Part shown: piece by piece, positions 27,535 through 36,085 of the stretch
Layout of the letters: each line of letters begins with the position of its first letter
Numbering within the stretch: the first letter of the stretch is position 1
DNA from: Phycisphaerae bacterium
GTDB lineage: Bacteria > Planctomycetota > Phycisphaerae > UBA1845
NCBI GenBank assembly: GCA_030429365.1
Contig: JAUIEW010000001.1
Span: 1,864 to 65,863, forward strand
Length of the DNA: 64,000 nucleotides
Direction of reading: 5' to 3'
Made by a program: the position numbers and the translations under genes
Notes under the pieces: generated by a model
What the model was told of the DNA's origin: nothing
Database searches by the model: none
What the model saw: only the letters and a program-made list of their open reading frames with translations

Positions 27535-28724
27535 ACCAGCACCTCCTCGGTTTCCCGGTTCTGCTCCTCAACAGTATTCGCCGCATCGAGGGCAGCCACC
27601 AGGTCGACCAGCAGGTCTTCGACATCCTCCAACCCGACCGACAACCGGATAAGCCCGTCGCCCAGACCGTTCTTGCGACGCACTTCAGGCTCGACGGCTG
27701 CGTGCGTCATCGTGGGCGGATGGCACCAGAGCGAACAGACGCCGCCGAGGCTCTCAGCCAGGGTCCAGATGCCGGCATTCGCTGCAAACTTTTTGACCGC
27801 GTCCAACCCGCCGCGCAGGTCAAACGAAACGATACCGCCGAAGTCGGTCATCTGGCTGGTCGCGACCGAGTGCTGTGGATGGTTGGCGAGCCCCGGAAAG
27901 TACACGTGCTCGACGCTGGGGTGGGCGGTCAGCGTTTCGGCGATTCGTCGGGCGCTTTCGCAATGTCGTTTCATGCGGAGTTCGAGCGTCTTGATGCCGC
28001 GCTGGATTAGGAAGCAGTCCTGCGGGCCCGGGACGGCTCCGACGGTGTTTTGGAAAAAGCGAAGCTTCTCGTAGAGGTCGTCTGAATTCGTCACCACCGC
28101 GCCGCCCAACACGTCGCTGTGCCCGTTGAGGTATTTCGTCGTGGAGTGGACGACGATGTCGGCGCCGAGTTTCAGCGGGTTTTGCAGGTACGGGGTGGCG
28201 AAGGTGTTGTCGACCACGCAGAGTGCGCCCGCACGTTTGGCCACCGATGCGCCGGCTCGTATGTCGGTGATGCGCAGCAGCGGGTTCGACGGCGTCTCCA
28301 GCCAGACGATGCGCGTGTTGGGGCGGATCGCTTCGGTGATGTTCGCCGCCTCGGTTGCATCGACGAACGTAAATTCGATGCCCAGCTTGGCGTAGAGCTT
28401 CGTGAAGATTCGGTAAGCGCCACCGTACAAATCATTGCACGCAATCACGTGGTCGCCGGCTGACAGAAGATTCAAAACGTTGTTGATCGCGGACATGCCG
28501 CTGGAGAAACACAGTGCGTGGGCTGCGTTTTCAAGCGAAGCGATGTTGCGTTCGAGGGCGTCGCGTGAGGGGTTTCGGGTGCGGCTATAGCAGTACGTTG
28601 GAGTCCCACCGACCTCGTGCTGTCCGTAAGTGGAGGTTTGGTAGATCGGCGGGACGATTGCGCCGCTTGTTTGATCGTGTTCCTGTCCGGCGTGAATGGC
28701 TCGGGTGCTGAATCCAGTGGCCAT
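27531..28724 (-). CDS. PLP-dependent Cys/Met-metabolism enzyme (cystathionine gamma-synthase / gamma-lyase / beta-lyase family)
   Basis: 397 aa. VVHSTTKYLNGHSDVLGG (PLP lysine motif) and full-length collinearity with the MetB/MetC family. Exact specificity is not assignable by eye. Confidence 0.9.
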   Translation of the reverse strand: MATGFSTRAIHAGQEHDQTSGAIVPPIYQTSTYGQHEVGGTPTYCYSRTRNPSRDALERNIASLENAAHALCFSSGMSAINNVLNLLSAGDHVIACNDLYGGAYRIFTKLYAKLGIEFTFVDATEAANITEAIRPNTRIVWLETPSNPLLRITDIRAGASVAKRAGALCVVDNTFATPYLQNPLKLGADIVVHSTTKYLNGHSDVLGGAVVTNSDDLYEKLRFFQNTVGAVPGPQDCFLIQRGIKTLELRMKRHCESARRIAETLTAHPSVEHVYFPGLANHPQHSVATSQMTDFGGIVSFDLRGGLDAVKKFAANAGIWTLAESLGGVCSLWCHPPTMTHAAVEPEVRRKNGLGDGLIRLSVGLEDVEDLLVDLVAALDAANTVEEQNRETEEVLV

Positions 28725-29246
28725 GATGGCTTATCTCCGTGCTTTGGTATTTCGCTTCAATTCGATTTTCGTAACGGTCTTGGTCGCGGTTCGAGCGGAA
28801 GAGCCCAAGCACGGGGGGTGACGATTGTGGCGAGGTTCAGTCTTGCAGCGGTGGTGATTGCAAGGTCAGCCGATCTGGAAAATAGACGCTCAGCGCCGGC
28901 TGACTTACTTTCTGCTTAATTGGATTGCTGAATGGAATTCAAGCAATTACACACCGCGAAACCCGGCACAAAGGTCGAAGACCCCCGTACTCGGGCTGGG
29001 CATGATCATGCTCAGGTGGGCCTCATCCGAGGGGATGATGGCCAATAGGGTTGTTTCAATGCTGCGTTTCATGTTGTCTAATCTTTACAATTACAGATTC
29101 GGCAAGTCAAGCCCGACTTCGCAATGATTATCCCAACCGAGCGGTCAAAAAGCCTGCATATGCAGTGTCAAACGACACCGGCAGCGCCAATATCGGCATC
29201 AGAATCGACGCCGACTTGACCGCGCCGGTTTGGTTATGCACGCAAA

Positions 29247-29963
29247 TTAATTTTCTTCGTCCTCGTCGATTTCGCCCCAGTCGACGCCGCGCTCCTTGTA
29301 GTCGTGGGTCATCTCAGCCGGCATGAATTTGCCATATGGCGATGCGTGTCCGTCGGCGAAGAGGACGTTGTTCTTGGCTTTGTTGTGGGTCAAGTGGTCC
29401 CAGTCGAGTCCAAGCTGGGTGGCGTCGTCCATGTCGGCATCGTTGATATTGAGGGCGATGTTGCTCCCAAACGGCGGTGCGAAAAAGTCCTTGTTGGTGC
29501 AGTCGCCTGAGAAAACGAACTCGGATGGATAGCGGATCAGCGAGCGACGTGTGTTCTGCAATTCCTGCCGCGTCCACACCGCGTATGCCGATTCAAAATA
29601 GCTGACCTCGACATCGTCGGGGTAGGCCGGACAGCGCAGCACATCGATCGCGGGGAGCGATCCGTCGTCGCGCAGCAGTTCCGTCCATGCCGGTCCTTCT
29701 TCATCGCCATCGGTGCCATCCTTGTCGGTGCCGTAGTAGCCCCAGATATGCCACTTCGACCAGGTCGGCGTCCAGTCGGATTCCACGTCGGCGTACATCG
29801 CTTTGGCGAGGCCGATCTGCTTAAGGTTCGACGCGCAAAGGACTTGCTTCGCCTGCCCGCGGGCCCGTCGCAAACTCGGGAGGAGAATCGCGACCAACAG
29901 CGCGATAATTGAGATCACCACCAACAATTCGACCAACGTAAATGCGCGCCGCGTCCTTCTCAT
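29247..29963 (-). CDS. Prepilin-type N-terminal cleavage/methylation protein with DUF1559-like H-X9-DG C-terminus
   Basis: [25 protein letters not shown] and C-terminal [26 protein letters not shown]. Confidence 0.85.
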   Translation of the reverse strand: MRRTRRAFTLVELLVVISIIALLVAILLPSLRRARGQAKQVLCASNLKQIGLAKAMYADVESDWTPTWSKWHIWGYYGTDKDGTDGDEEGPAWTELLRDDGSLPAIDVLRCPAYPDDVEVSYFESAYAVWTRQELQNTRRSLIRYPSEFVFSGDCTNKDFFAPPFGSNIALNINDADMDDATQLGLDWDHLTHNKAKNNVLFADGHASPYGKFMPAEMTHDYKERGVDWGEIDEDEEN

Positions 29964-30137
29964 CGTCCTTCTCCGATCGCTGAGTGATTGATATCAGAAT
30001 GCAATCTGAAGCATACAACATGTTTTTGCGGGATGCCGAGACATGTGCTTCCAACAGACTAATTCGGACATTTCGGCTTCGTACGTGCAGTCAAAAATGT
30101 TTTAGTGCGCAAATGCATGCGCGCGCACATATGCAAT

Positions 30138-30202
30138 GTAGGGTGGGCCGTGCCCACCATGTCGTTGTGCAATCAAACGGCGGTGGGCACGGCCCACCCT
30201 AC
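30138..30202. repeat. 65-nt GTAG-headed REP doublet (palindromic)
   Basis: gtagggtgggccgtgcccacc ... ggtgggcacggcccaccctac. Each half is itself a GTAG plus 7-bp hairpin (ggtgggc/gcccacc). A second copy lies at 58713-58776. Confidence 0.85.
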
Positions 30203-30242
30203 AAGTTTCGACACGTTGTTGGTGCGATGTTTTCAGAAGAAT

Positions 30243-31112
30243 TCAGTGCGCGCTTAACATGTCGCTGTGCAGCGCTTGCCACTGATCGAGCGAGATCTGT
30301 TCGGCGCGCATGGATGTGTCAAAATGCGCACCGACGATTTCGCGGGCGTCGTCGGGCAGCGACGCGATGTTCGAGCGCAAGGTCTTGCGGCGATGCGCAA
30401 ACGCGGTGCGGACGATCGTGAGAAAAGACTTCAGCGCGTCGGGCGATTGGGTGATTGCGGATCTGACGTCGAGACAAAGCATCGAAGAATCGATTTTGGG
30501 TGGCGGCCAAAATACCGACGGCGGCAACTTGGCGATGATCTGTACGTCGCACGCGATCTGCAGCGCGATCGACAGCGGTCCAAAATCCTTTGAACCCGCG
30601 TCCGCGACGATGCGGTCGGCTACCTCCTTTTGAATCGTAAAGACCATCCGCTCTGCCGACGGTTGGAGCGTGAGCAGGTTGATAAGCAGCGGTGACGCGA
30701 TGCTGTACGGCAGGTTGGCGACGAGGAGAAAACGCGTCAGGTTCTTGTGGCTGCGAAGCCGCTCGACGACGGTGGGGGCGATGTCGTGTTTGCGCTCGAG
30801 AATGTCGGTGTGGATGATCTCAACGTTGGGAGCGGCTTTGAATCGCTCATTCAGCAGGCGGGCGAGCCCCGCGTCCGCTTCTGCGACGACGACCTGGCCT
30901 GCCCGGGCGGCGAGTTGGTCGGTCAAACCGCCCGTACCACCGCCGACTTCGAGCACGAGCGTCCCCGGGCTGAGGTCAGCGGCCTCTACGAGTCGTTCCA
31001 TGAGGTGGCGATCGATCAGGAAATTTTGCCCAAGTCGACGATTGGGAGCCAACCCGTGCTGGCTCAGAGTCTGCTGGATGGTGCTTTGGGTTTGAAAGGG
31101 TACAGATTCCAT
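30243..31112 (-). CDS. rsmA: 16S rRNA (adenine1518/1519-N6)-dimethyltransferase
   Basis: LGQNFLIDRHLMERLVEAADL..VLEVGGGTGGLTDQLA ... LVANLPYSIASPLL. Start reassigned to ATG 31112; the upstream extension to 31379 has no homology pattern. Confidence 0.9.
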   Translation of the reverse strand: MESVPFQTQSTIQQTLSQHGLAPNRRLGQNFLIDRHLMERLVEAADLSPGTLVLEVGGGTGGLTDQLAARAGQVVVAEADAGLARLLNERFKAAPNVEIIHTDILERKHDIAPTVVERLRSHKNLTRFLLVANLPYSIASPLLINLLTLQPSAERMVFTIQKEVADRIVADAGSKDFGPLSIALQIACDVQIIAKLPPSVFWPPPKIDSSMLCLDVRSAITQSPDALKSFLTIVRTAFAHRRKTLRSNIASLPDDAREIVGAHFDTSMRAEQISLDQWQALHSDMLSAH

Positions 31113-31237
31113 GGGCGGTCGCGTCTTGATCGTTTGGCTACCTGTGTCGTCATCAACCACTATAATGGGAATTCGCGTTCGGGTCGCGACCGGTTGGTTG
31201 ATTCTGCTGCATTTGGACAAAAGGAGTACGACGCTCG

Positions 31238-31726
31238 ATGAATTCCTACGAAGTGTTGCGCCGGGCGGCAGAGCCCATCGGTGTGAAGGCGCTGGCCGCA
31301 AAGCTGCGGTTGTCACCGGCGATGGTTTACAAGTGGTGCCAGGAGTCGGGCAAGGACGACCCCGATGCCAGCGGGGCACGAAACCCGCTGGACCGCATCG
31401 CCGAGGTCTATCGCGCCACCGAATCGGTCGACGTGATCAATTGGCTCTGCCATGAGGCCAACGGGTTCTTCGTGAGCAACCCGTCACCGCTCAACGACGA
31501 CATCGACACCGAACTGCTCCGCAATACGCAGCAACTCGTCACCGAGTTCAGCAAGCTGCTCGCCACCGTGACCAAGTCGATCGAAGACGATGGCATGATC
31601 GAACCGGCAGAAGCCAACCAGATTCGCCAGGCGTGGGAGACGTTGAAACTGACGGCCGAGAGTTTTGTGGTTGGGTGTGAACGCGGGGCTTATTTTTCGG
31701 TGGATGGAGAAAAGCGTGGCTCCTGA
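31238..31726 (+). CDS. Helix-turn-helix protein (phage CII/YdaS-like HTH), hypothetical
   Basis: AAGGAG RBS. VKALAAKLRLSPAMVYKWCQ HTH-like segment. Function unknown. Confidence 0.55.
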   Translation: MNSYEVLRRAAEPIGVKALAAKLRLSPAMVYKWCQESGKDDPDASGARNPLDRIAEVYRATESVDVINWLCHEANGFFVSNPSPLNDDIDTELLRNTQQLVTEFSKLLATVTKSIEDDGMIEPAEANQIRQAWETLKLTAESFVVGCERGAYFSVDGEKRGS

Positions 31727-32015
31727 AGAATTGAAAGGTGACGCGAAGAATGAATGGAAGCTTGTCACTCGGTATCCTGTTTCGGAATACAAGTGCGGAC
31801 TGCGGTCGGGCGATAAGATTCGTTTGATTCGTGATTTGGATATCAGGGATCCAGACGGAAAGGTAGTCAACACGTACCCAGAGGGCGAAGTCTGGGATGT
31901 CATCCACGGCACAGACGAAGATCCTCCCGTGATCTGGCTGGCTCATCCTGATGGAGAGCGGCACACGTGGGACGACAGTGATGTAATCTTTGAGCAGTTC
32001 GCCAAGGTGGAATGA
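31704..32015 (+). CDS. Small acidic hypothetical protein
   Basis: ORF 31665-32015 (TTG). ATG 31704 is preferred. Lower-GC composition and no recognised motif. Confidence 0.4.
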   Translation: MEKSVAPEELKGDAKNEWKLVTRYPVSEYKCGLRSGDKIRLIRDLDIRDPDGKVVNTYPEGEVWDVIHGTDEDPPVIWLAHPDGERHTWDDSDVIFEQFAKVE

Positions 32016-32060
32016 CGCATCGGCGTTCGAACCGACCATGTCCTCATTCACGAGGTTCTG

Positions 32061-32288
32061 ATGCAGCCGAATACGACAATTGAACTTGATCCAGATGAAG
32101 CGCTCGTCTTTTTTGATTGGATCCATAGGTTCAACAACAGCGACGACATCGAGTTCGAAGATCAGGCTGAACAGCGCGTGCTTTGGGACATTGAAGCAAT
32201 CCTAGAGAAGTCTCTTGCAGCAGTCATGAACCCCGAATATGCACGGAAACTTGCGGAGGCACGTTCCAAAGTCAGGGACCGAGAGTAA
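32061..32288 (+). CDS. Small acidic hypothetical protein
   Basis: 75 aa. GAGG lies 5 nt upstream of the ATG. LDPDEALVFFDWIHRF...AEQRVLWDIEAILE. Confidence 0.45.
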   Translation: MQPNTTIELDPDEALVFFDWIHRFNNSDDIEFEDQAEQRVLWDIEAILEKSLAAVMNPEYARKLAEARSKVRDRE

Positions 32289-32308
32289 AAAGGCTCGCGG
32301 TTTTGGTG

Positions 32309-32340
32309 CGGGTACCCCATCCTTCAGGGTGGGGGACTGA
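32309..32340 (+). repeat. Solo arm of the GGGTGCCCC...GGGGGACTGA hairpin family
   Basis: gcgggtaccccatccttcagggtgggggactga, 19 nt upstream of the thrC ATG. Confidence 0.8.
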
Positions 32341-32359
32341 CAGTTAAAGGAAGTCCCAG

Positions 32360-33619
32360 ATGAGTTCATCGTCTATGTCGGCGCAGTTTGTTTCTTATGT
32401 TCGCCAGTTGCGGTGCGTGAATTGCGGCGCGGTCTACCTTCCGGAAAAAGTGTCATATACCTGTCCCTCGTGCGGGCCCGACGTTGGCATTCTTGATGTC
32501 GAGTACGACATGGATGCCGTCGCCCGCGATTTGGCGATTTCCGACTTGCTCGATGGGCCGCAGAATCACTGGCGGTATGGGCCTTTGCTTCCGGTGACGG
32601 CCCACCACATTGGCGCGCATTGGCCGATCGGTTGGACGCCGATGGTCGACGCGCCGCTGCTCGCGAAACTCTGCGGTGTGAAACGACTTCGCCTCAAGGA
32701 TGATTCCCGCAATGCTTCGGGTTCGTTCAAGGATCGGGCGTCGAGCATCGGCGTGGTGCGGGCGGCAGAATCCGGCGCGAAGGCGATCGCATGCGCTTCG
32801 ACGGGCAACGCAGCCGTCAGTCTTGCGGCGTGTTCGGCGATGGCGTCGATGCCGGCATACATTTTCGTGTCGCAGCGCATCCCCGAAGGCAAGTTGGCCC
32901 AACTGCTTATCTATGGTGCGACGGTTTTTCGCGTCAATGGCAGCTATGACGATGCGTACAAACTCTGTGCGTCGGCGTGTGAAGCGTTTGGCTGGTACAA
33001 CCGCAACTGTGCATACAACCCGTACCTCGTCGAAGGCAAGAAGACCGGCGGGCTGGAGATCGCCGAGCAATGCATGACCGATCCGCCTGACTGGGTGGCG
33101 ATGAGCGTGGGGGACGGCTGCTCGATCGCTGGGGTGGCCAAGGGTTTGAAGCAGATGGCCGAGTTGGAGTTAATCGACTGGTCGACGCGGTTGCTGGGGG
33201 TGCAGGCGGCTGGCGTGGCGCCGATTCAGGCGATCTTTGAAACCGGTGAAATGGGCAACGCGTCGGGCGATACGTTCGCCGACAGCATCAACTGCCCGGT
33301 GCCGCGTAATATCAAGAAAGCCGTGTCAGCCGTCCGCGATTCCGAGGGGGCGTACAACTCGGTGACGGACGATGAAATCCGCTGGGCGATGCGCGAGGTG
33401 GGTCGACTTGCGGGCATCTTCGCAGAACCGGCCGCAGCCGCAGCCGTCGCCGGAGTGGCCAAAGCCGCGCGGGATGGCGTCATCGATTCGAAGGCGTCGG
33501 TTGTCGCGTACATCAGCGGCAACGGTTTGAAAGACACCCCCGCTGCCATCAGCGCAGCCGGCGCACCCATCGACATCGCGCCCAACCTCGACGAAGTCAA
33601 ATGCGCCGTGAGCGCCTAA
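32360..33619 (+). CDS. thrC: Threonine synthase with N-terminal zinc ribbon
   Basis: CVNCGAVYLPEKVSYTCPSCG, PLP motif NASGSFKDRASS, and full-length ThrC collinearity. AAAGGAAG RBS. Confidence 0.9.
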   Translation: MSSSSMSAQFVSYVRQLRCVNCGAVYLPEKVSYTCPSCGPDVGILDVEYDMDAVARDLAISDLLDGPQNHWRYGPLLPVTAHHIGAHWPIGWTPMVDAPLLAKLCGVKRLRLKDDSRNASGSFKDRASSIGVVRAAESGAKAIACASTGNAAVSLAACSAMASMPAYIFVSQRIPEGKLAQLLIYGATVFRVNGSYDDAYKLCASACEAFGWYNRNCAYNPYLVEGKKTGGLEIAEQCMTDPPDWVAMSVGDGCSIAGVAKGLKQMAELELIDWSTRLLGVQAAGVAPIQAIFETGEMGNASGDTFADSINCPVPRNIKKAVSAVRDSEGAYNSVTDDEIRWAMREVGRLAGIFAEPAAAAAVAGVAKAARDGVIDSKASVVAYISGNGLKDTPAAISAAGAPIDIAPNLDEVKCAVSA

Positions 33620-33640
33620 GTGTGTACAAGTCACATAGAC

Positions 33641-33802
33641 CGGGTGCCCCATCCTTGAGCGCAGCGGAAGGGTGGGGGACTGACCGAGTTCTCAGAGATT
33701 ATCAATTCACGAGTTTTGAAGATTGCTCGAGTGTGTGTGGGGGGTTGGACTGCTTGATTTTTGTTTACATCAGTCCCCCACCCTGGAAGGGCGGGGCACC
33801 CG
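33641..33802. repeat. Inverted hairpin doublet element (BIME/MITE-like), copy A
   Basis: Left arm cgggtgccccatccttgagcgcagcggaagggtgggggactga. AT-richer 85-nt core. Right arm tcagtcccccaccctggaagggcggggcacccg. Sits between convergent thrC and the epimerase gene. Confidence 0.85.
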
Positions 33803-33815
33803 CGCATGATTAATT

Positions 33816-34763
33816 TCAATCTAGATTGCGGAACCACTTTACGAAGTTGGTTAGGCCTTCGTCGATGTGGGTTGATGGGTTGTAGCCCAGTTCTTTCTTG
33901 GCCAGGGTTACATCGGCGAAGGTTCGATCGACGTCGCCGGGTTGGGTTGGCAGGCGGTTGATGACGGCTTGCTTGCCGAGCGCTTTTTCGATAGCGGCGA
34001 TTAACTCGTCGAGTCGGATGGGTTGCGATTCGCCGAGGTTGTAAATCCGGTAGCCGTCGCATCGCTCGATCGAGCGGACGACACCATCGATGATGTCATC
34101 GATGTACGTGTAGTCGCGGCTGGTGCTGCCATCGCCGAATACCGGGATGGGCTCGCCCTCTTCGATGAGCTTGGTGAACTTGTGGATCGCCAGGTCGGGA
34201 CGCTGACGGGGTCCGTACACGGTGAAGAATCGCAGGCAGGTGACGCTCATATCGAACAGGTGGGCGTACGTGTGGGCGATCAGTTCCGTCGCTTTTTTGC
34301 TGGCTGCGTAGGGCGAAATGGGAAAATCGACGTTGTCGCTTTCGGCGAACGGGATCTTCTTGTTGTTGCCATACACGCTGGAACTGCTGGCGAGAATGAA
34401 CTTGGGGCACTTGGCGTTGCGGGCTGCGTCGAGCATCACGGTCGTACCGCCAACGTTGACATCCTGACAACGCTGCGGTTCGACGATCGACGGGCGAACA
34501 CCTGCACGGGCGGCTAAATGCACCACGGTTTCAACGTCACCCGCAAACAACTTCGCGACAGCATCGGCATCGCGAATGTCGCCTTCATGCATCGCAAACG
34601 AATCGTGGTCGAGGCATTGCGCGAGGTTTTTGCGTTTGATCGCCGGGTCGTAGAAGTCGTCGAAGTTGTCGAACCCGATGACCGTGCGGTTCTGTTCGAG
34701 TAAGCGTTCACACAAATGCGAGCCGATGAAGCCAGCCGCTCCGGTGACGATGATGGCGCCCAT
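33816..34763 (-). CDS. NAD-dependent nucleotide-sugar epimerase (UDP-glucuronate 4-epimerase-like)
   Basis: IIVTGAAGFIGSHLCERLL..VIGFDNFDDFYDPAIKRKNL, and YAASK catalytic motif. Confidence 0.8.
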   Translation of the reverse strand: MGAIIVTGAAGFIGSHLCERLLEQNRTVIGFDNFDDFYDPAIKRKNLAQCLDHDSFAMHEGDIRDADAVAKLFAGDVETVVHLAARAGVRPSIVEPQRCQDVNVGGTTVMLDAARNAKCPKFILASSSSVYGNNKKIPFAESDNVDFPISPYAASKKATELIAHTYAHLFDMSVTCLRFFTVYGPRQRPDLAIHKFTKLIEEGEPIPVFGDGSTSRDYTYIDDIIDGVVRSIERCDGYRIYNLGESQPIRLDELIAAIEKALGKQAVINRLPTQPGDVDRTFADVTLAKKELGYNPSTHIDEGLTNFVKWFRNLD

Positions 34764-34771
34764 GCTATTTC

Positions 34772-36085
34772 CTAAATCGTTACTTTGGGCCGGCCTATGC
34801 AGTGGTATTCAAACCCTTGCTTGGCCAGGCTGTGGCGGTTGTAGAGGTTGCGGCCATCAAAGATGACCGGTGACAGCAGGCGCTCCTTGATCATGTTGAA
34901 GTCGGGCGTGCGGAACTCCTGCCAGTCGGTGAAGATCACCAGTGCATCGGCATCGTGTAGGGTTTCGTAGCCGTCATCAACGTATTCGATGATGTCGCCC
35001 AACTCGGCGCGGGTGGTTTCGATCGCTTCCGGATCAAACGCGCTGACTTTGATTCCGTTCTCGACGAATAGTCGAATGCAATCGAGGGCCGGCGATTCGC
35101 GAACGTCATCGGTCCGGGCTTTGAACGCAAGCCCCCAGACCGCAAGCTTGGTGGTTTTGGTGCGATCACCGAAGTAGCGCAGGATGCCTTCGGCAAAGCG
35201 CATCCGCTGACGGTGGTTGACGTCGTGAACCGCTTCCACGATCGACATGGGATAGTCGCTTTCCTGCCCCATGGCGATGATGGCTTGAACGTCTTTCGGA
35301 AAACACGATCCGCCGTATCCAACGCCGGCGAACAGAAATGCCGGACCGATACGGGTGTCCGTTCCAACGCCGCGGCGCACGAGTTCAACGTCGGCTCCCA
35401 CGCGATCGCACAATCCGCTCATTTCGTTCATAAAGGAAATCTTGGTGGCGAGCAGGGCGTTGGAGGCGTACTTGGTCATTTCCGCGCTGGCAGGATCCAT
35501 CACCAGGATGCGGTCGGCTGTCCGCATGAAGGGGTTGTAGATTTCCTTCATGATCTCCACGACTGCGGGATTGTCGGCACCGATGACCACGCGGTCGGGC
35601 TTCATGAAGTCTTCGATCGCCGCGCCTTCTTTCATGAATTCGGGATTGCTGACATAGTCGAATTTGTGCTCGGTGTTTTGGGTGATGCGCTCGGAGACCA
35701 ACTTGTTTGTGCCTACAGGAACGGTGCTTTTCATCACAACGATGCGATAGCCATCCATGGTGCGGGCGATGGTTTCGGCCACGTTCATGATCGCGGACAG
35801 GTCAGCCGATCCGTCTTCTGCCGGCGGTGTGCCGACCGCGAGAAAGATCACCACCGAGTTTGCGACGGCGTATTCGAGGTCGGTCGTGAAGCTGAGGCGA
35901 TTGCCTTTGACGTTGCGTTGAACGATTTCCGCGAGACCCGGTTCATAGATCGGGATGTCGCCATTTTTAAGGGCTTCGATTTTGGATTCGACTTTGTCGA
36001 CGCAGATGACGTGATTGCCGCCGTCGGCAAGGCATGTGCCCGCGACCAATCCAACGTATCCAGTACCCACCACTGCGATTTTCAT
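34772..36085 (-). CDS. ugd: UDP-glucose 6-dehydrogenase
   Basis: MKIAVVGTGYVGLV ... GGSCFPKDV catalytic Cys motif. 437 aa. Confidence 0.9.
   Translation of the reverse strand: MKIAVVGTGYVGLVAGTCLADGGNHVICVDKVESKIEALKNGDIPIYEPGLAEIVQRNVKGNRLSFTTDLEYAVANSVVIFLAVGTPPAEDGSADLSAIMNVAETIARTMDGYRIVVMKSTVPVGTNKLVSERITQNTEHKFDYVSNPEFMKEGAAIEDFMKPDRVVIGADNPAVVEIMKEIYNPFMRTADRILVMDPASAEMTKYASNALLATKISFMNEMSGLCDRVGADVELVRRGVGTDTRIGPAFLFAGVGYGGSCFPKDVQAIIAMGQESDYPMSIVEAVHDVNHRQRMRFAEGILRYFGDRTKTTKLAVWGLAFKARTDDVRESPALDCIRLFVENGIKVSAFDPEAIETTRAELGDIIEYVDDGYETLHDADALVIFTDWQEFRTPDFNMIKERLLSPVIFDGRNLYNRHSLAKQGFEYHCIGRPKVTI

Noticed and set aside
28725-28900. SAM-I / SAM-II riboswitch upstream of the Met operon
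   Set aside because: I could not find the conserved SAM-I or SAM-II core sequences by eye. Only a generic RBS-occluding helix is reported.
31113-31379. N-terminal extension of rsmA (also seen for hslU 10726-10920, aminotransferase 38811-38990, Wza-like 43935-44087, 56159 gene 58556-58867, and 9537 gene 10071-10583)
   Set aside because: The extensions are Arg/Pro/Ser-rich, overlap neighbouring genes or repeats, and precede the conserved N-termini. Internal ATG codons with RBS-like motifs fit better.
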